NCBI GenBank assembly: GCA_038065075.1
Contig: JBBTRQ010000008.1
Location: 11,960-75,959, forward strand
Origin: Patescibacteria group bacterium
Lineage (GTDB): Bacteria > Patescibacteriota > Patescibacteriia > UBA9934 > GWF2-40-263
Direction: 5' to 3'
Length of the DNA: 64,000 nt
The notes beneath the pieces are model-generated. The model worked only from the letters and a program-made list of their open reading frames with translations, was not told the origin of the DNA and made no database searches. Numbering within the stretch: the first letter of the stretch is position 1; every line of letters begins with the position of its first letter. Position numbers and translations under genes: made by a program. Below, one piece after another: positions 1 through 9,013 of the stretch.

Positions 1-37
1 TCTTGATGAGAGTCTGCTTCTTGGTCACGCTGAGCAT
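1..37 (-). CDS. rpsO: probable 30S ribosomal protein S15, N-terminus only (runs off window)
   Basis: Reverse strand reads MLSVTKKQTLIK from a CT-ATG start, resembling S15 N-termini; only 12 codons visible. TTGACG-17-TAGGGT promoter upstream. Confidence 0.5.
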   Translation of the reverse strand, partial: MLSVTKKQTLIK

Positions 38-176
38 AGGGTCTGATTTCATGGCGTCGTCCGAGTCGTGGGAGCTCAAGCCCGTAACCCAGAGGACGTC
101 CTTATGTATTAACGACCTAACCCTACCTTCGAGGATCCAAAACGTCAAGAAATGTGGAGCTATGAGGTATACTTGA

Positions 177-1400
177 ATGGTTATGCCTATCTCTCATCCC
201 AATCAGACCTTTCCATTGCGAGGCCATCGACACTCGCTTGCCCATGTTGGTGCGTTACCAGCGCTCGCGAGTAATCGCCTCCTGTCGTTTGCGGCCTCGT
301 CGATCGTCGGCGTGTTCTTACCGATTTTTTTGTACGAGTTTTTCGATCTCTCCATCGCCGCCGTCTTGCTGTGGTACGCGATCAACTTTGCGGTGAAGTT
401 CCCCTTCCAGGTTTGGGCGGCGCAGATTTTTTCGCGTACCGGACTCATCGTGAGCATGGTGTTTGGGACGCTCGGGATCATGTTGTTCTACTGGTCGTTT
501 TATTTGCTCGATACGGGAAGTCAGCTTGGTCCCTTCACGCTCATGACGCTCGGGATCGTCGGACTCACGATCGTTTCCTGTTTCTACTGGTCGCCCTTTC
601 ATATCGACTATGCGCAGTTCGCGCCCAAGAACGCTCGCGGCGCTTACCTCGCCCGACTATACGCCGTCCAACAGTTGATCACGGTTGTGGCGCCGATTGT
701 GGCCGCCTGGGTGATTGTCTCGTACGGGTATCACATGAATTTTTTTCTCGGCCTCGTGCTCGCCGGCGCGTCGATCGTGCCGCTCCTATTCTTGCCGACG
801 TTCGAGGTGAAGTACGAATTCGGGTTCTGGGAGAGTTTTCGTCGACTGTTCTCGCGGCGCTTTCGCCCCATGAGTCTCTCGATGATGGCATTTGGCGCCG
901 AGAATATTGTCGGTGTCGTGGTTTGGCCGATTTTTCTCTACGCGATTTTTGAAGGTCAGTATTTGGAGATCGGCGCGTTCGCCGCGATCATTGTGGTGAT
1001 TGGGCTTGCGCTTGAGCTTTTCGTCGGTCGAGAAACGGATCGCTTCTCACCTTCAAAGCTCATCAAGTACGGAACGGGCATCTATGCACTCGGTTGGGTG
1101 TGGAAGGGACTGGTCGAGACGGTCGTGGGTGTGTTTGCGGCGTCGACCTTTCACAACGTGGGCGCCATCATGTTGCGCACGCCGATGGATACGCTCATGT
1201 ACGAACAGGCCGCCGACTCGGGTCATTACATCGACGAGTACACGGTGTTGCGCGAGATTGCGTTGGGCCTGGGACGTGTCGTGATGCTCCTATTCCTCGT
1301 CGTCGTCACGAGCGTGTTCTCCATCGGTGCCTCCTTCTTTGTCGCCGCAGTCGTGTCGCTCGGGATCAACTCATTGGTTGATTACAAGGCGACAGAGTAG
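177..1400 (+). CDS. MFS transporter
   Basis: 407 aa, about 12 hydrophobic helices in two halves; G-x3-D-R motif (VGRETDRF). Confidence 0.85.
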   Translation: MVMPISHPNQTFPLRGHRHSLAHVGALPALASNRLLSFAASSIVGVFLPIFLYEFFDLSIAAVLLWYAINFAVKFPFQVWAAQIFSRTGLIVSMVFGTLGIMLFYWSFYLLDTGSQLGPFTLMTLGIVGLTIVSCFYWSPFHIDYAQFAPKNARGAYLARLYAVQQLITVVAPIVAAWVIVSYGYHMNFFLGLVLAGASIVPLLFLPTFEVKYEFGFWESFRRLFSRRFRPMSLSMMAFGAENIVGVVVWPIFLYAIFEGQYLEIGAFAAIIVVIGLALELFVGRETDRFSPSKLIKYGTGIYALGWVWKGLVETVVGVFAASTFHNVGAIMLRTPMDTLMYEQAADSGHYIDEYTVLREIALGLGRVVMLLFLVVVTSVFSIGASFFVAAVVSLGINSLVDYKATE

Positions 1401-1438
1401 GTTCCTTTTCCTCCTTGATTCTGGTATGTTGGAGATGT

Positions 1439-1669
1439 ATGGATATGCAGGATAAAATTATCGAAAAGCTTGTTGAGATGAAAGAGCAGATGAAATCTTT
1501 GGCGACAAAGGATGATCTTCAGATTTTGGAACATCGGGTCATCCAGATGTTTGATAATCAGTCCGAGATTCTCAAACGGCTTGATCAGGAGCGTTTCTTC
1601 ACTTCCGAGCATATACGACGAATCGAGGCTGATGTCGAAATGCTCAAGCGCCACCTCCACCTTGTCTAG
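1439..1669 (+). CDS. small coiled-coil hypothetical protein
   Basis: ORF with LATKDDL motif and heptad pattern, followed by a terminator. Confidence 0.6.
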   Translation: MDMQDKIIEKLVEMKEQMKSLATKDDLQILEHRVIQMFDNQSEILKRLDQERFFTSEHIRRIEADVEMLKRHLHLV

Positions 1670-1670
1670 A

Positions 1671-1703
1671 AAAACACCCTTGATCGACTCGAGGGTGTTT
1701 TTG
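1671..1703 (+). terminator. intrinsic terminator
   Basis: AAAACACCCT...AGGGTGTTTTT hairpin plus U-tract. Confidence 0.7.
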
Positions 1704-1759
1704 TTTGGGGAACAGTCTCTCTTTTTATGAGAGTTCGTTCCATGTTAAGATTTGGTTGT

Positions 1760-2179
1760 ATGCAGGTATCAGAGCCAAAAATTAATGAACTTACTCGAGC
1801 GCTCAAGCGCATCCGCGGCATCCAGGCGGCTTATCTTTTCGGTTCCCAAGCAAAGCAGAGTGCGGGGCGACTATCGGATGTCGATGTAGCCATTCTCATT
1901 GACCGAAAATGTTCTTCAGCCGCTCAACGTGAGGTTGTTCTTACCGCCTTCCAAACCATCACGCGCATTCTTGGTCGTAATGATATCGACCTCATCGAAC
2001 TTGATCGTGCACCAATCATTTTGCGCTACGCGGCGACCGTGCATGGCCGGCCGCTTTTTGTGAAACCAGGACAGGATACCTGTCGCTTACCCTTCCGTAA
2101 CCTACGTGACTTCGAGGATTTTCGACCGTATTTAGAGCGTCGAAGCCGTGCCCTCAAAAATGAATTCTCTCGCGTATGA
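1760..2179 (+). CDS. MNT nucleotidyltransferase antitoxin (MntA-like, type VII TA)
   Basis: YLFGS-x10-DVD motif; ATGA overlap with the downstream HEPN gene. Confidence 0.88.
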   Translation: MQVSEPKINELTRALKRIRGIQAAYLFGSQAKQSAGRLSDVDVAILIDRKCSSAAQREVVLTAFQTITRILGRNDIDLIELDRAPIILRYAATVHGRPLFVKPGQDTCRLPFRNLRDFEDFRPYLERRSRALKNEFSRV

Positions 2180-2595
2180 CCGCCTTTCGTCCGCTCACCA
2201 TTGTAAGGAAGCTCAAAAAACTCGACGAGGTCATTCGTCAGTTAGAAGGGGTCAAAACCTACAAACGCGAGGAGTTTTTGAGTAACAAGGTACTTCAGGC
2301 GGCTACCGAGCGCTTCTTTATTCTCGGCATTGAGATCATCACGGATGTGGGAGATCACCTTCTCACGGAAAAGAAGAACGTCTCGTCGGAGTCTTACGAT
2401 GAAATCATTTCGGCACTTGGCAAAACAAAGCTGGTTCCAGCAGCGCTCTCAAAACGCAACGCCGGCATGGCTAGGTTTCGCAACCTCTTGGTTCATGTGT
2501 ACGATGAGATCGAGCCAAAACTCGTTCACGATTACTTGCAGAAGGCTCCACGAGAATTCCGAGCTTTTGCTAAAGCCTTTGTTAAGCATCTTTAG
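2176..2595 (+). CDS. HEPN/DUF86 RNase toxin (HepT-like)
   Basis: FRNLLVHVY matches the R-x4-H-x-Y HEPN motif. Confidence 0.9.
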   Translation: MTAFRPLTIVRKLKKLDEVIRQLEGVKTYKREEFLSNKVLQAATERFFILGIEIITDVGDHLLTEKKNVSSESYDEIISALGKTKLVPAALSKRNAGMARFRNLLVHVYDEIEPKLVHDYLQKAPREFRAFAKAFVKHL

Positions 2596-2602
2596 AAGCA
2601 CA

Positions 2603-2635
2603 AATTTCTTGGTCGACTACAAGGCAGTTGAGTGA
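2603..2635 (+). repeat. diverged duplicate of the last 11 codons of the MFS gene (1368-1400)
   Basis: NFLVDYKAVE* versus NSLVDYKATE*; 8 of 10 residues identical, several synonymous changes. Confidence 0.8.
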
Positions 2636-2657
2636 ACGGTCAGTTGTCGCGTCAACA

Positions 2658-2693
2658 AAAAACAATAATGTCCGATCGGACATTATTGTTTTT
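2658..2693. repeat. perfect 36-bp palindrome with CCGATCGG core
   Basis: AAAAACAATAATGTCCGA|TCGGACATTATTGTTTTT. Confidence 0.9.
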
Positions 2694-2971
2694 GAAGCAA
2701 GGCCAAAAATGAACCGACCGAAAAAGAAACAACCCCACCGTCAGCGAGCTTCCGGGAGGGAAGTTTCTCGCCGACCGCGGGGTCTGTCGTAGAGATGACA
2801 CAGGCTTGAAACGTCTACCGACGACAAACTCATAACCACCCCTAATCCCTCTCTTCGAGAGCCTGAGGGCTCCTCAGAGCCTCGAACGGCCTTGAAAAGG
2901 GGGGGATCGGAAAAAAGGAGAGGGGCCGAAATAAAACAGACCCCGTGTGAGGTCTGTTTTCAGATTTCTGT

Positions 2972-3733
2972 TTAGAGCACCGAGTCGATTGCGGCGGCGA
3001 CGGAGGAGAATGGGAGAGCTCCCTTGATGGGGATCGCGTTGCCGTCTGTGTCGATCACGAATGATCCAGGAGTACCGGAGACACCGGCGGCTCCACCGGC
3101 TTGGGCTTGAGCCTCGATCACGTCGTTATACTTTTCTGTGTCGAAGCAGTCCTGCCACTGGGTTGTGTTGAGCCCAAGGTCAGAGGCGAGGGTCGCATAG
3201 AACTCGCTCCCTAAGCTCGACTGATTCGTGAAGAGGGCATCTGCATACTCCCAGAACTTTCCTTGCTCAGAGGCGCACTCAGCGGCGTTGGCGGCAGGGA
3301 CGGCCTCAGCATGAAAGGAGAGTGGGAAGTGGCGGAAGACCCAGCGAACGGAATCGGTATACTCGTCCATGACCTGTAACATCGTTGGGTGGAATCGGCT
3401 GCAGTAGGGACATTGGAAGTCCGAGTATTCGATGATGGTGATGGGCGCGTCCGCGTCTCCACGGATGTGGTCTGCTTCTGTCACGGCAGGAACGCCCGTT
3501 GCGGTTGGGGCTGGAACGGCGGCAGCTGCGGCGGCCACTTGTCCACCGCTTCCTGAATCCTCGGTGTCTGCGGCGGCGAGTCCTTCGACGGAACAATCTC
3601 CGCCCAAGACACAGCTTCCCAAGACAACGAATCCGAGTGTTCCCAGTGCCAAGATCGCGGTGATGAACCCGAGCCAGAAGGCCTGTTTAGAAGGAAGCGA
3701 ATCGAAAAAACTTTTTGTTTGTGGTGAGTCCAT
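2972..3733 (-). CDS. DsbA-family thioredoxin-fold oxidoreductase, membrane anchored
   Basis: EYSDFQCPYC, RHFPL and GTP motifs; N-terminal TM helix. Confidence 0.92.
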   Translation of the reverse strand: MDSPQTKSFFDSLPSKQAFWLGFITAILALGTLGFVVLGSCVLGGDCSVEGLAAADTEDSGSGGQVAAAAAAVPAPTATGVPAVTEADHIRGDADAPITIIEYSDFQCPYCSRFHPTMLQVMDEYTDSVRWVFRHFPLSFHAEAVPAANAAECASEQGKFWEYADALFTNQSSLGSEFYATLASDLGLNTTQWQDCFDTEKYNDVIEAQAQAGGAAGVSGTPGSFVIDTDGNAIPIKGALPFSSVAAAIDSVL

Positions 3734-3783
3734 AGGGGTTCAACAAAAGAATTGAGTAAAGGAGCAACAGGATTCTATGGACG

Positions 3784-4161
3784 CTACCAACCGTGTGTGG
3801 CGAAAAGATAGGGAAGAAAAAGATTGTTGGGTGAGGGGCCTGTGCGGGTAAGGTTCACGCGACGGTTGAACCATGTAAGGCCGTGAACGGAGGGGGCAAT
3901 TTTGGGGAAGGTTACGGTCACGAGCACGGCGAGCACGGCGACAAACAGGAGGAGTTTTTGCGCAGGCAGAGCCGTTGCCGATTCACTCCACGACCAAACG
4001 GTTGCCATGGAAATGACCTCGCTTGCACACGCGTCTCCGATGAAGTGCTCGTCAGGCGCAGACGCAAGGCACGTCGTTGATCCACTTCCCACGCTCAATG
4101 AGCCTGCCACAAAAGCGATCAGCACAAGAGGGATAAACAGATGGTGCATGAGAGATCTCAT
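3784..4161 (-). CDS. hypothetical membrane protein upstream of dsbA
   Basis: 125 aa ORF with two hydrophobic segments, co-oriented with dsbA. Confidence 0.5.
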   Translation of the reverse strand: MRSLMHHLFIPLVLIAFVAGSLSVGSGSTTCLASAPDEHFIGDACASEVISMATVWSWSESATALPAQKLLLFVAVLAVLVTVTFPKIAPSVHGLTWFNRRVNLTRTGPSPNNLFLPYLFATHGW

Positions 4162-4216
4162 AACGTCCCCATCCTATCATAGAGATTGAGACAGAGCGAT
4201 GTTATACTTGTGGAAT

Positions 4217-5146
4217 ATGACCTCGAAGATCGACAAGCTGATGACCGACTTTCTCGAGTATCTTGAAGTTGAGCGCGGACGCTCTGAGCGTACGATCCGG
4301 AACTACGATTTTTATCTTCGCCGGTTTTCCGACTGGGCGAAGCACCCAGCGCCGGAAAAAATTACCGATGACCTCGTGCACAAGTTTCGCCTGTGGCTCA
4401 ACCGCGGTGTCGAAGGTCGTGAGGCAGCTACGCTCAAGAAGTCGACGCAGAATTATCACCTCATTGCGCTTCGAAGTTTCTTGAAGTACCTCGCCCGCAA
4501 GGATGTCTTGTCGCTCGCCCCTGAAAAGATCGAACTCGCCAAACAAGAAATGCGGCAGGTGGAGTTTTTGGAAGCAGATGAACTTGGTCGTCTGCTCGTT
4601 CAGCCGATGAAGGTCAGCGATGGGCTTGTGGCTTTGCGCGATAAAGCAATTCTTGAATTGCTGTTCTCGACCGGCATGCGCGTGAGCGAGATTTCCAAGC
4701 TGAAGATTGAGTCGATTAATTTATCGCGTGATGAATTTACGGTTCGTGGCAAGGGAAGCAAACTGCGCGTCGTGTTTCTCTCGTCGACCGCAAAGGACGC
4801 GCTCAAAGATTACTTGGGGAAGCGCCGTGACGCTTCGCCGTATCTGTTTGTGGGACATGATCGCGCCAAGAGCGGTCGTGGGCAGTCCGAAGGTCTCACA
4901 CCTCGATCGATCCAACGGCTTGTTGAGCGGTACGCCATGGCCGCGGGTATCACCAAGCACATCACGCCTCACACCCTGCGACATACATTTGCGACAGACT
5001 TACTCCTGGGCGGCGCGGACATCCGCAGTGTCCAGTCATTGCTAGGCCATGCCTCGATCACGACCACACAAATCTACACGCACATCACGAATAAACAGAT
5101 GAAAGAGGTGCACAAGAAGTTCCACGGAAGAAGTCGGCGGAAGTAA
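4217..5146 (+). CDS. XerC/XerD-family tyrosine recombinase
   Basis: TGMRVSE, VRGKG, HTLRH, LGH and TTQIY catalytic motifs; N-terminal SAM-like domain. Confidence 0.93.
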   Translation: MTSKIDKLMTDFLEYLEVERGRSERTIRNYDFYLRRFSDWAKHPAPEKITDDLVHKFRLWLNRGVEGREAATLKKSTQNYHLIALRSFLKYLARKDVLSLAPEKIELAKQEMRQVEFLEADELGRLLVQPMKVSDGLVALRDKAILELLFSTGMRVSEISKLKIESINLSRDEFTVRGKGSKLRVVFLSSTAKDALKDYLGKRRDASPYLFVGHDRAKSGRGQSEGLTPRSIQRLVERYAMAAGITKHITPHTLRHTFATDLLLGGADIRSVQSLLGHASITTTQIYTHITNKQMKEVHKKFHGRSRRK

Positions 5147-5150
5147 CACA

Positions 5151-5238
5151 GCCTCGTCATTGCGAGGAGCGAAGCGACGAAGCAATCCAAGAGTTCAAAG
5201 ATTGCTTCGCTCCCGTTGGTCGCTCGCAATGACGAGGC
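5151..5238. repeat. REP-like palindromic element (GTCATTGCGAG family)
   Basis: GCCTCGTCATTGCGAG...CTCGCAATGACGAGGC; relatives at 43390-43467 and 45656-45743. Confidence 0.85.
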
Positions 5239-5245
5239 TTTGTTA

Positions 5246-5274
5246 TTGACGGGAAGCGTGGAATTCTGTAGTTT
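5246..5274 (+). promoter_or_regulatory. sigma70-type promoter of orphan gene
   Basis: TTGACG-17 bp-TAGTTT. Confidence 0.6.
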
Positions 5275-5326
5275 TTGTTCGTTCAGTCGACAGTAGACTG
5301 ACACTTCCCACCACAGGAGACCTTCC

Positions 5327-5683
5327 GTGCCTGCTGCTGCTCCCGCCGTGGCCGATTCCCTTCGGCCCACCAGCGTCTTCGTCTACCTCCCCACCCCTCC
5401 CGGCTCCAAGCCGCACCTCCCGAACGCCTTCATCGAGATGTTCCAGCGGGAGCTCGCGACCGAACCCCACTACCGCGGGGAGGTTTCCCAGGAGGAGGCC
5501 AGGACTGAACTTGGACATCACATGGCCCAGTCCGCGGTTCTCGTCCCGGTCAACTCGCAGGAGTTCTCCCCGGAGCGTCAGGCCCTGGACGCGATGCTCG
5601 GGGACAAGCAGATCCTCCTCGCCCGCGACCAGCGTCCCAACCGCGCCCGCGAGCTCTGGGGCATCAAGCTCCGCGCCCACTGA
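5327..5683 (+). CDS. GC-rich orphan protein (SD-led class)
   Basis: AGGAG before GTG start; strong C/G third-position bias; hairpin after the stop. Confidence 0.7.
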   Translation: MPAAAPAVADSLRPTSVFVYLPTPPGSKPHLPNAFIEMFQRELATEPHYRGEVSQEEARTELGHHMAQSAVLVPVNSQEFSPERQALDAMLGDKQILLARDQRPNRARELWGIKLRAH

Positions 5684-5745
5684 TTCCCTCGCGACCGCCA
5701 CGCCCCGGTCGCATTTTCTTTTCAGATTCGTTATCATCACGTCAT

Positions 5746-5820
5746 GTCCCTGTAGCTCAATGGACAGAGCAGGACTCTTCTAAGGTCTTGATGGGGGTTC
5801 GATTCCCTCCAGGGACACCA
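5746..5820 (+). tRNA. tRNA-Arg(TCT)
   Basis: Cloverleaf, loop CT-TCT-AA, GGTTCGATTCC T-arm, CCA end. Confidence 0.93.
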
Positions 5821-5941
5821 CAGTCGTCCACAGCTTCTCTTGCCAAGCCCAGAGAATGTCTCTACCTTGTCATTTAGATATGTCGACAAAGGTTGCGATG
5901 TGTCTACGAAAAAACTCCCGAAGTGATCGGGAGTTTTTTCG

Positions 5942-6017
5942 TGGGGTGCCTAGAGGGAGTTGAACCCTCGCTACGAGTTCCACAAACTCGTGTGCTAACC
6001 GTTACACCATAGGCACC
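5942..6017 (-). tRNA. tRNA-His(GTG)
   Basis: Cloverleaf, loop TT-GTG-GA, extra 5' G, CCA end. Confidence 0.93.
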
Positions 6018-6097
6018 ATAATCGATGGACGAGGCCGAGTGTAGCGTCTTTTTCTTTTTTGATCAATATACGCCGTTTATGAACAGTTCCGGCAAGG

Positions 6098-6487
6098 TCA
6101 GAAACCTGTCCGTTTCAGGAGATCGCGGTCGAATGTGAGCAGATCGGTACCGGCCAGGCGAGCGGATGTAAGCAGGTACGCATCAACAAAGTGGAGGCCG
6201 TTCAAAAAATCAGTCCAGAGGTACAAGAGTGTATCTTGTTCCTCCACGGTAAGAGCCGGCATCGCAATAAAGGGAAGCAAGGAAGACATAATATCTTCAC
6301 GGGTGTGTTTATAGAAGGATTCCAATACGAAAACCGTTTCTGCCACGACCATCGGCTTTACGATGATAGTTCGTTTTCCTATCGTTGCTTCCCTGAACCA
6401 CTCGATAGCCTTGGCCTTTTGTTGTTCATTGTCACCAACGAGAAATCGAACGAGAACATTTGTATCAAGGAGAGACGTTTTTTCCAT
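6098..6487 (-). CDS. PIN-domain (VapC-like) toxin
   Basis: LLDTNVLVR...E...FVDA...TFD motifs. Confidence 0.9.
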   Translation of the reverse strand: MEKTSLLDTNVLVRFLVGDNEQQKAKAIEWFREATIGKRTIIVKPMVVAETVFVLESFYKHTREDIMSSLLPFIAMPALTVEEQDTLLYLWTDFLNGLHFVDAYLLTSARLAGTDLLTFDRDLLKRTGF

Positions 6488-6489
6488 AG

Positions 6490-6735
6490 CTACTTCCAAC
6501 GACTCGCCCACATGGCTGTGCGCGCCTTTTCCAATTCCTCGTCCGTGAGCACAACATTCGATTTAAGACTGCCAGCGAGTGATAGGAGATCTTTGATTGG
6601 TTCAAGGATGACCCTCCCTTTCACCTCATCCAATGTGACAAGAAAAGTTGAATCCCTCTGGACGTTCAGGATGTTTCGAATATGTCGGGGAATCGTCACC
6701 TGCCCTTTCTGTGTCATGGCTGTTGTATTGAGCAT
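6490..6735 (-). CDS. AbrB/MazE/SpoVT-family antitoxin
   Basis: MTQKGQVTIPRHIRNIL signature, directly upstream of the PIN gene. Confidence 0.9.
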   Translation of the reverse strand: MLNTTAMTQKGQVTIPRHIRNILNVQRDSTFLVTLDEVKGRVILEPIKDLLSLAGSLKSNVVLTDEELEKARTAMWASRWK

Positions 6736-6853
6736 AAACTTACTTCTTTTAAGAAAGTAATACTTAAATCGTAATGTATTACATTCTTTCAGTCAAGTGA
6801 CATTGGTCATGCGAAAGAAAAACCACGGCTGCGTGCCGTGGAGGGCAAAGGGA

Positions 6854-8140
6854 TCAGAGCTGGCTCTGCCACCAGGTTTCGAGCTGATTGCTGAAGTAGT
6901 CCTTTTCCCAGGCAACGCCGTAGCCCGGGAGGCTCAGGTCACGGATGCCCTCGAAGAGGTCACGTCGATGCGGGAACCAGAGCGGTGCCAGATATCTCAC
7001 AATCTGACGTGCACGGTAGAGGTAGTGGTTGACGCCGTTGCGAGCGAAGAGCGTGTCGACGTATCGCGTGATCGTCGTGACGAGTTGTTCGGCGTTGCCC
7101 GCGATGATCCGGCCGTTGTCCGGGCGATGGAAGCGTCCGATCGTCTTGGTGTCTTGGTAGCGTGAGTCGCTGTCCGGGTTGGGAGGCGAGGAGTCTGGCT
7201 CCTGGAACAGCGGCGCATTCCAGAGCCGCGTGAGCGTGACCAGGTTGAAGTCCTCCGCGTCCTGCGTCGTGGTGAGCTTGAGGATTCCACCCGGCTCGGA
7301 CTGCGTGGCAACGACCACGTACTTCCAGCCGCGGCGATCCGTGCCCAAGCGGCCACGTTCAAGCTTGAGGAGAGTCGACAGCAGGCGCTTGCGGCGGTTC
7401 ACGGCATAGACGTAGAACCGTTTTCCATCGACTTCCACCACGCGGCAGGAGAGGAGCTCTTCCTTGTAAGGCCGGCCAGCGCGGCGGAGTTTCCGCAATC
7501 GAGCCGCCTTGTCCTTGGCCCGCGTGTAGATGTTGACCTTCTCGGCCGTGCCGGCGTTCTCGCCATCCGTTCGTTGTTCGACCAGCACCCAGATGTACTC
7601 GGATTCGTCGGTGAGGAAGAGGCGTTCCCAGGAAAGTCGGTCGATGGTTGCGAGATCGTCAGCCACCCACGCCTCGTCGTCGGCCGTTTCGATGGCGAAG
7701 AGCTGGAGGGCGATGGCGAGTTGACGCAGGGCCTCAACGCGACGTCGCCTCTGCAGGTCGCTGGCGCCAGGGGGCAGGTCGTCCGTCGCCATCATGAGCA
7801 TGGCGATCGGGTTGAGGCAGTTTGCGACCGAGTTGTGCGGATCGAGTCGTCCCGCGAACGGACGCAGGTAGCGGTCGATCACGTGCTCGACCATGTTCTG
7901 TGCCTGCCGGAGGTACTCGGTCATCCGGCGGTAGAACTCGTCCCCTCCGACCGCCGTGGCGACGGCATGCTGGTTTGGACTCTGGAGGACGTAGGCGAAG
8001 TAGAGGGCCTCGACCGAGGAATACCCGCGCGACTTGAAGTCGTCGTAGGTGCGGCGCATGGCCTGGATGATCAGGAATTGCTCGGGGAGACGTCGAAATT
8101 GCAGGGCGTGGTCGGGGATGAACAGCTGGGGATCGGGCAA
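6854..8140 (-). CDS. GC-rich orphan with divergent RelA/SpoT-synthetase-like C-terminal domain
   Basis: RRKRLLSTLLKLER...DRRG...YQD...EQLVT...NHYLY follows the RSH synthetase motif order; GGAG before TTG start. Confidence 0.6.
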   Translation of the reverse strand: MPDPQLFIPDHALQFRRLPEQFLIIQAMRRTYDDFKSRGYSSVEALYFAYVLQSPNQHAVATAVGGDEFYRRMTEYLRQAQNMVEHVIDRYLRPFAGRLDPHNSVANCLNPIAMLMMATDDLPPGASDLQRRRRVEALRQLAIALQLFAIETADDEAWVADDLATIDRLSWERLFLTDESEYIWVLVEQRTDGENAGTAEKVNIYTRAKDKAARLRKLRRAGRPYKEELLSCRVVEVDGKRFYVYAVNRRKRLLSTLLKLERGRLGTDRRGWKYVVVATQSEPGGILKLTTTQDAEDFNLVTLTRLWNAPLFQEPDSSPPNPDSDSRYQDTKTIGRFHRPDNGRIIAGNAEQLVTTITRYVDTLFARNGVNHYLYRARQIVRYLAPLWFPHRRDLFEGIRDLSLPGYGVAWEKDYFSNQLETWWQSQL

Positions 8141-8239
8141 GACTTCTCCGAAGGATGGGTCAGGATGATGTATCCAGACCTGATCGATTCAACCAGCCAA
8201 ATACCGAAAAGTCAATAAATTAAGCTATCCCCAGGTCCC

Positions 8240-8268
8240 TTGACGCTCTTTCCTGGCTCATGTACTCT
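8240..8268 (+). promoter_or_regulatory. sigma70-type promoter
   Basis: TTGACG-17-TACTCT with TG extension. Confidence 0.65.
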
Positions 8269-8347
8269 TTCGACCGTTGTGCCCAGAAGGCCAATACCGT
8301 GACCGGCACGTCTCAACCGGTGTTCCAAAGAAAGAGGCAAGAATCCA

Positions 8348-9013
8348 ATGCGTTCCCTCAAGACCCTCCTGCTCGCCATCTCCGGCTTCCCCGACGCCAG
8401 CTCCGACGACTTCAAGGGCCTGACCACGATCAAGCCCAACGACGTCACCCGTGTGGCCTTCAACAAGAAGGGCTACGACCAGGTCCAGTTCTCCAACGAG
8501 ACCGGCCCGCAGAACGACGGTCTGCTCGACGTGATCGACGCCATCAAGCTGGGCGCCGACCAGGTCGAGGCCGGCGACTGCGCCCTGATCGTCCGCATCG
8601 AGTCGACCCGCGGCATGGACTCCTACACCGCGCAGAAGATCGGCGAGGCCATCGAGGCCTACATGCGCGCCAACAACGTCACCGAGTTCGCCACCGCGGC
8701 GATCGCCGACATCGCCCCGGGCCAGGAGCTCCACGGCAAGTGGAACACGCTCCTCCTCGTGCGCGACTTCGACGGCCAGTGGACCTTCAAGAACCTCCGG
8801 TTCGCGAGCGTCCAGAAGTCGACCGACGGCACCTTCGCCATCCTGTGCGACGGCAAGATCGCCAAGACCGACGGCGACAGCCTGGTCTCGACGCTGCTCG
8901 ACGCCGACAAGCTCAACGAGCTGCTCGACGGCGGCATCGTCAAGCTCGACAACAAGAAGGCGCACCTGGTCCGGCCCCCGGTCGGCCAGGCCTACGGCGC
9001 CAACGTGGCCTAG
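8348..9013 (+). CDS. GC-rich orphan protein
   Basis: 221 aa, almost all codons end in C/G; AGAGG upstream; long structured 3' UTR. Confidence 0.8.
   Translation: MRSLKTLLLAISGFPDASSDDFKGLTTIKPNDVTRVAFNKKGYDQVQFSNETGPQNDGLLDVIDAIKLGADQVEAGDCALIVRIESTRGMDSYTAQKIGEAIEAYMRANNVTEFATAAIADIAPGQELHGKWNTLLLVRDFDGQWTFKNLRFASVQKSTDGTFAILCDGKIAKTDGDSLVSTLLDADKLNELLDGGIVKLDNKKAHLVRPPVGQAYGANVA

Noticed and set aside
4217-6017. Prophage or integrative element (tyrosine recombinase beside tRNAs)
   Set aside because: The protein looks like chromosomal XerC/D with native codon usage; no duplicated tRNA 3' end (att) or phage genes were seen.
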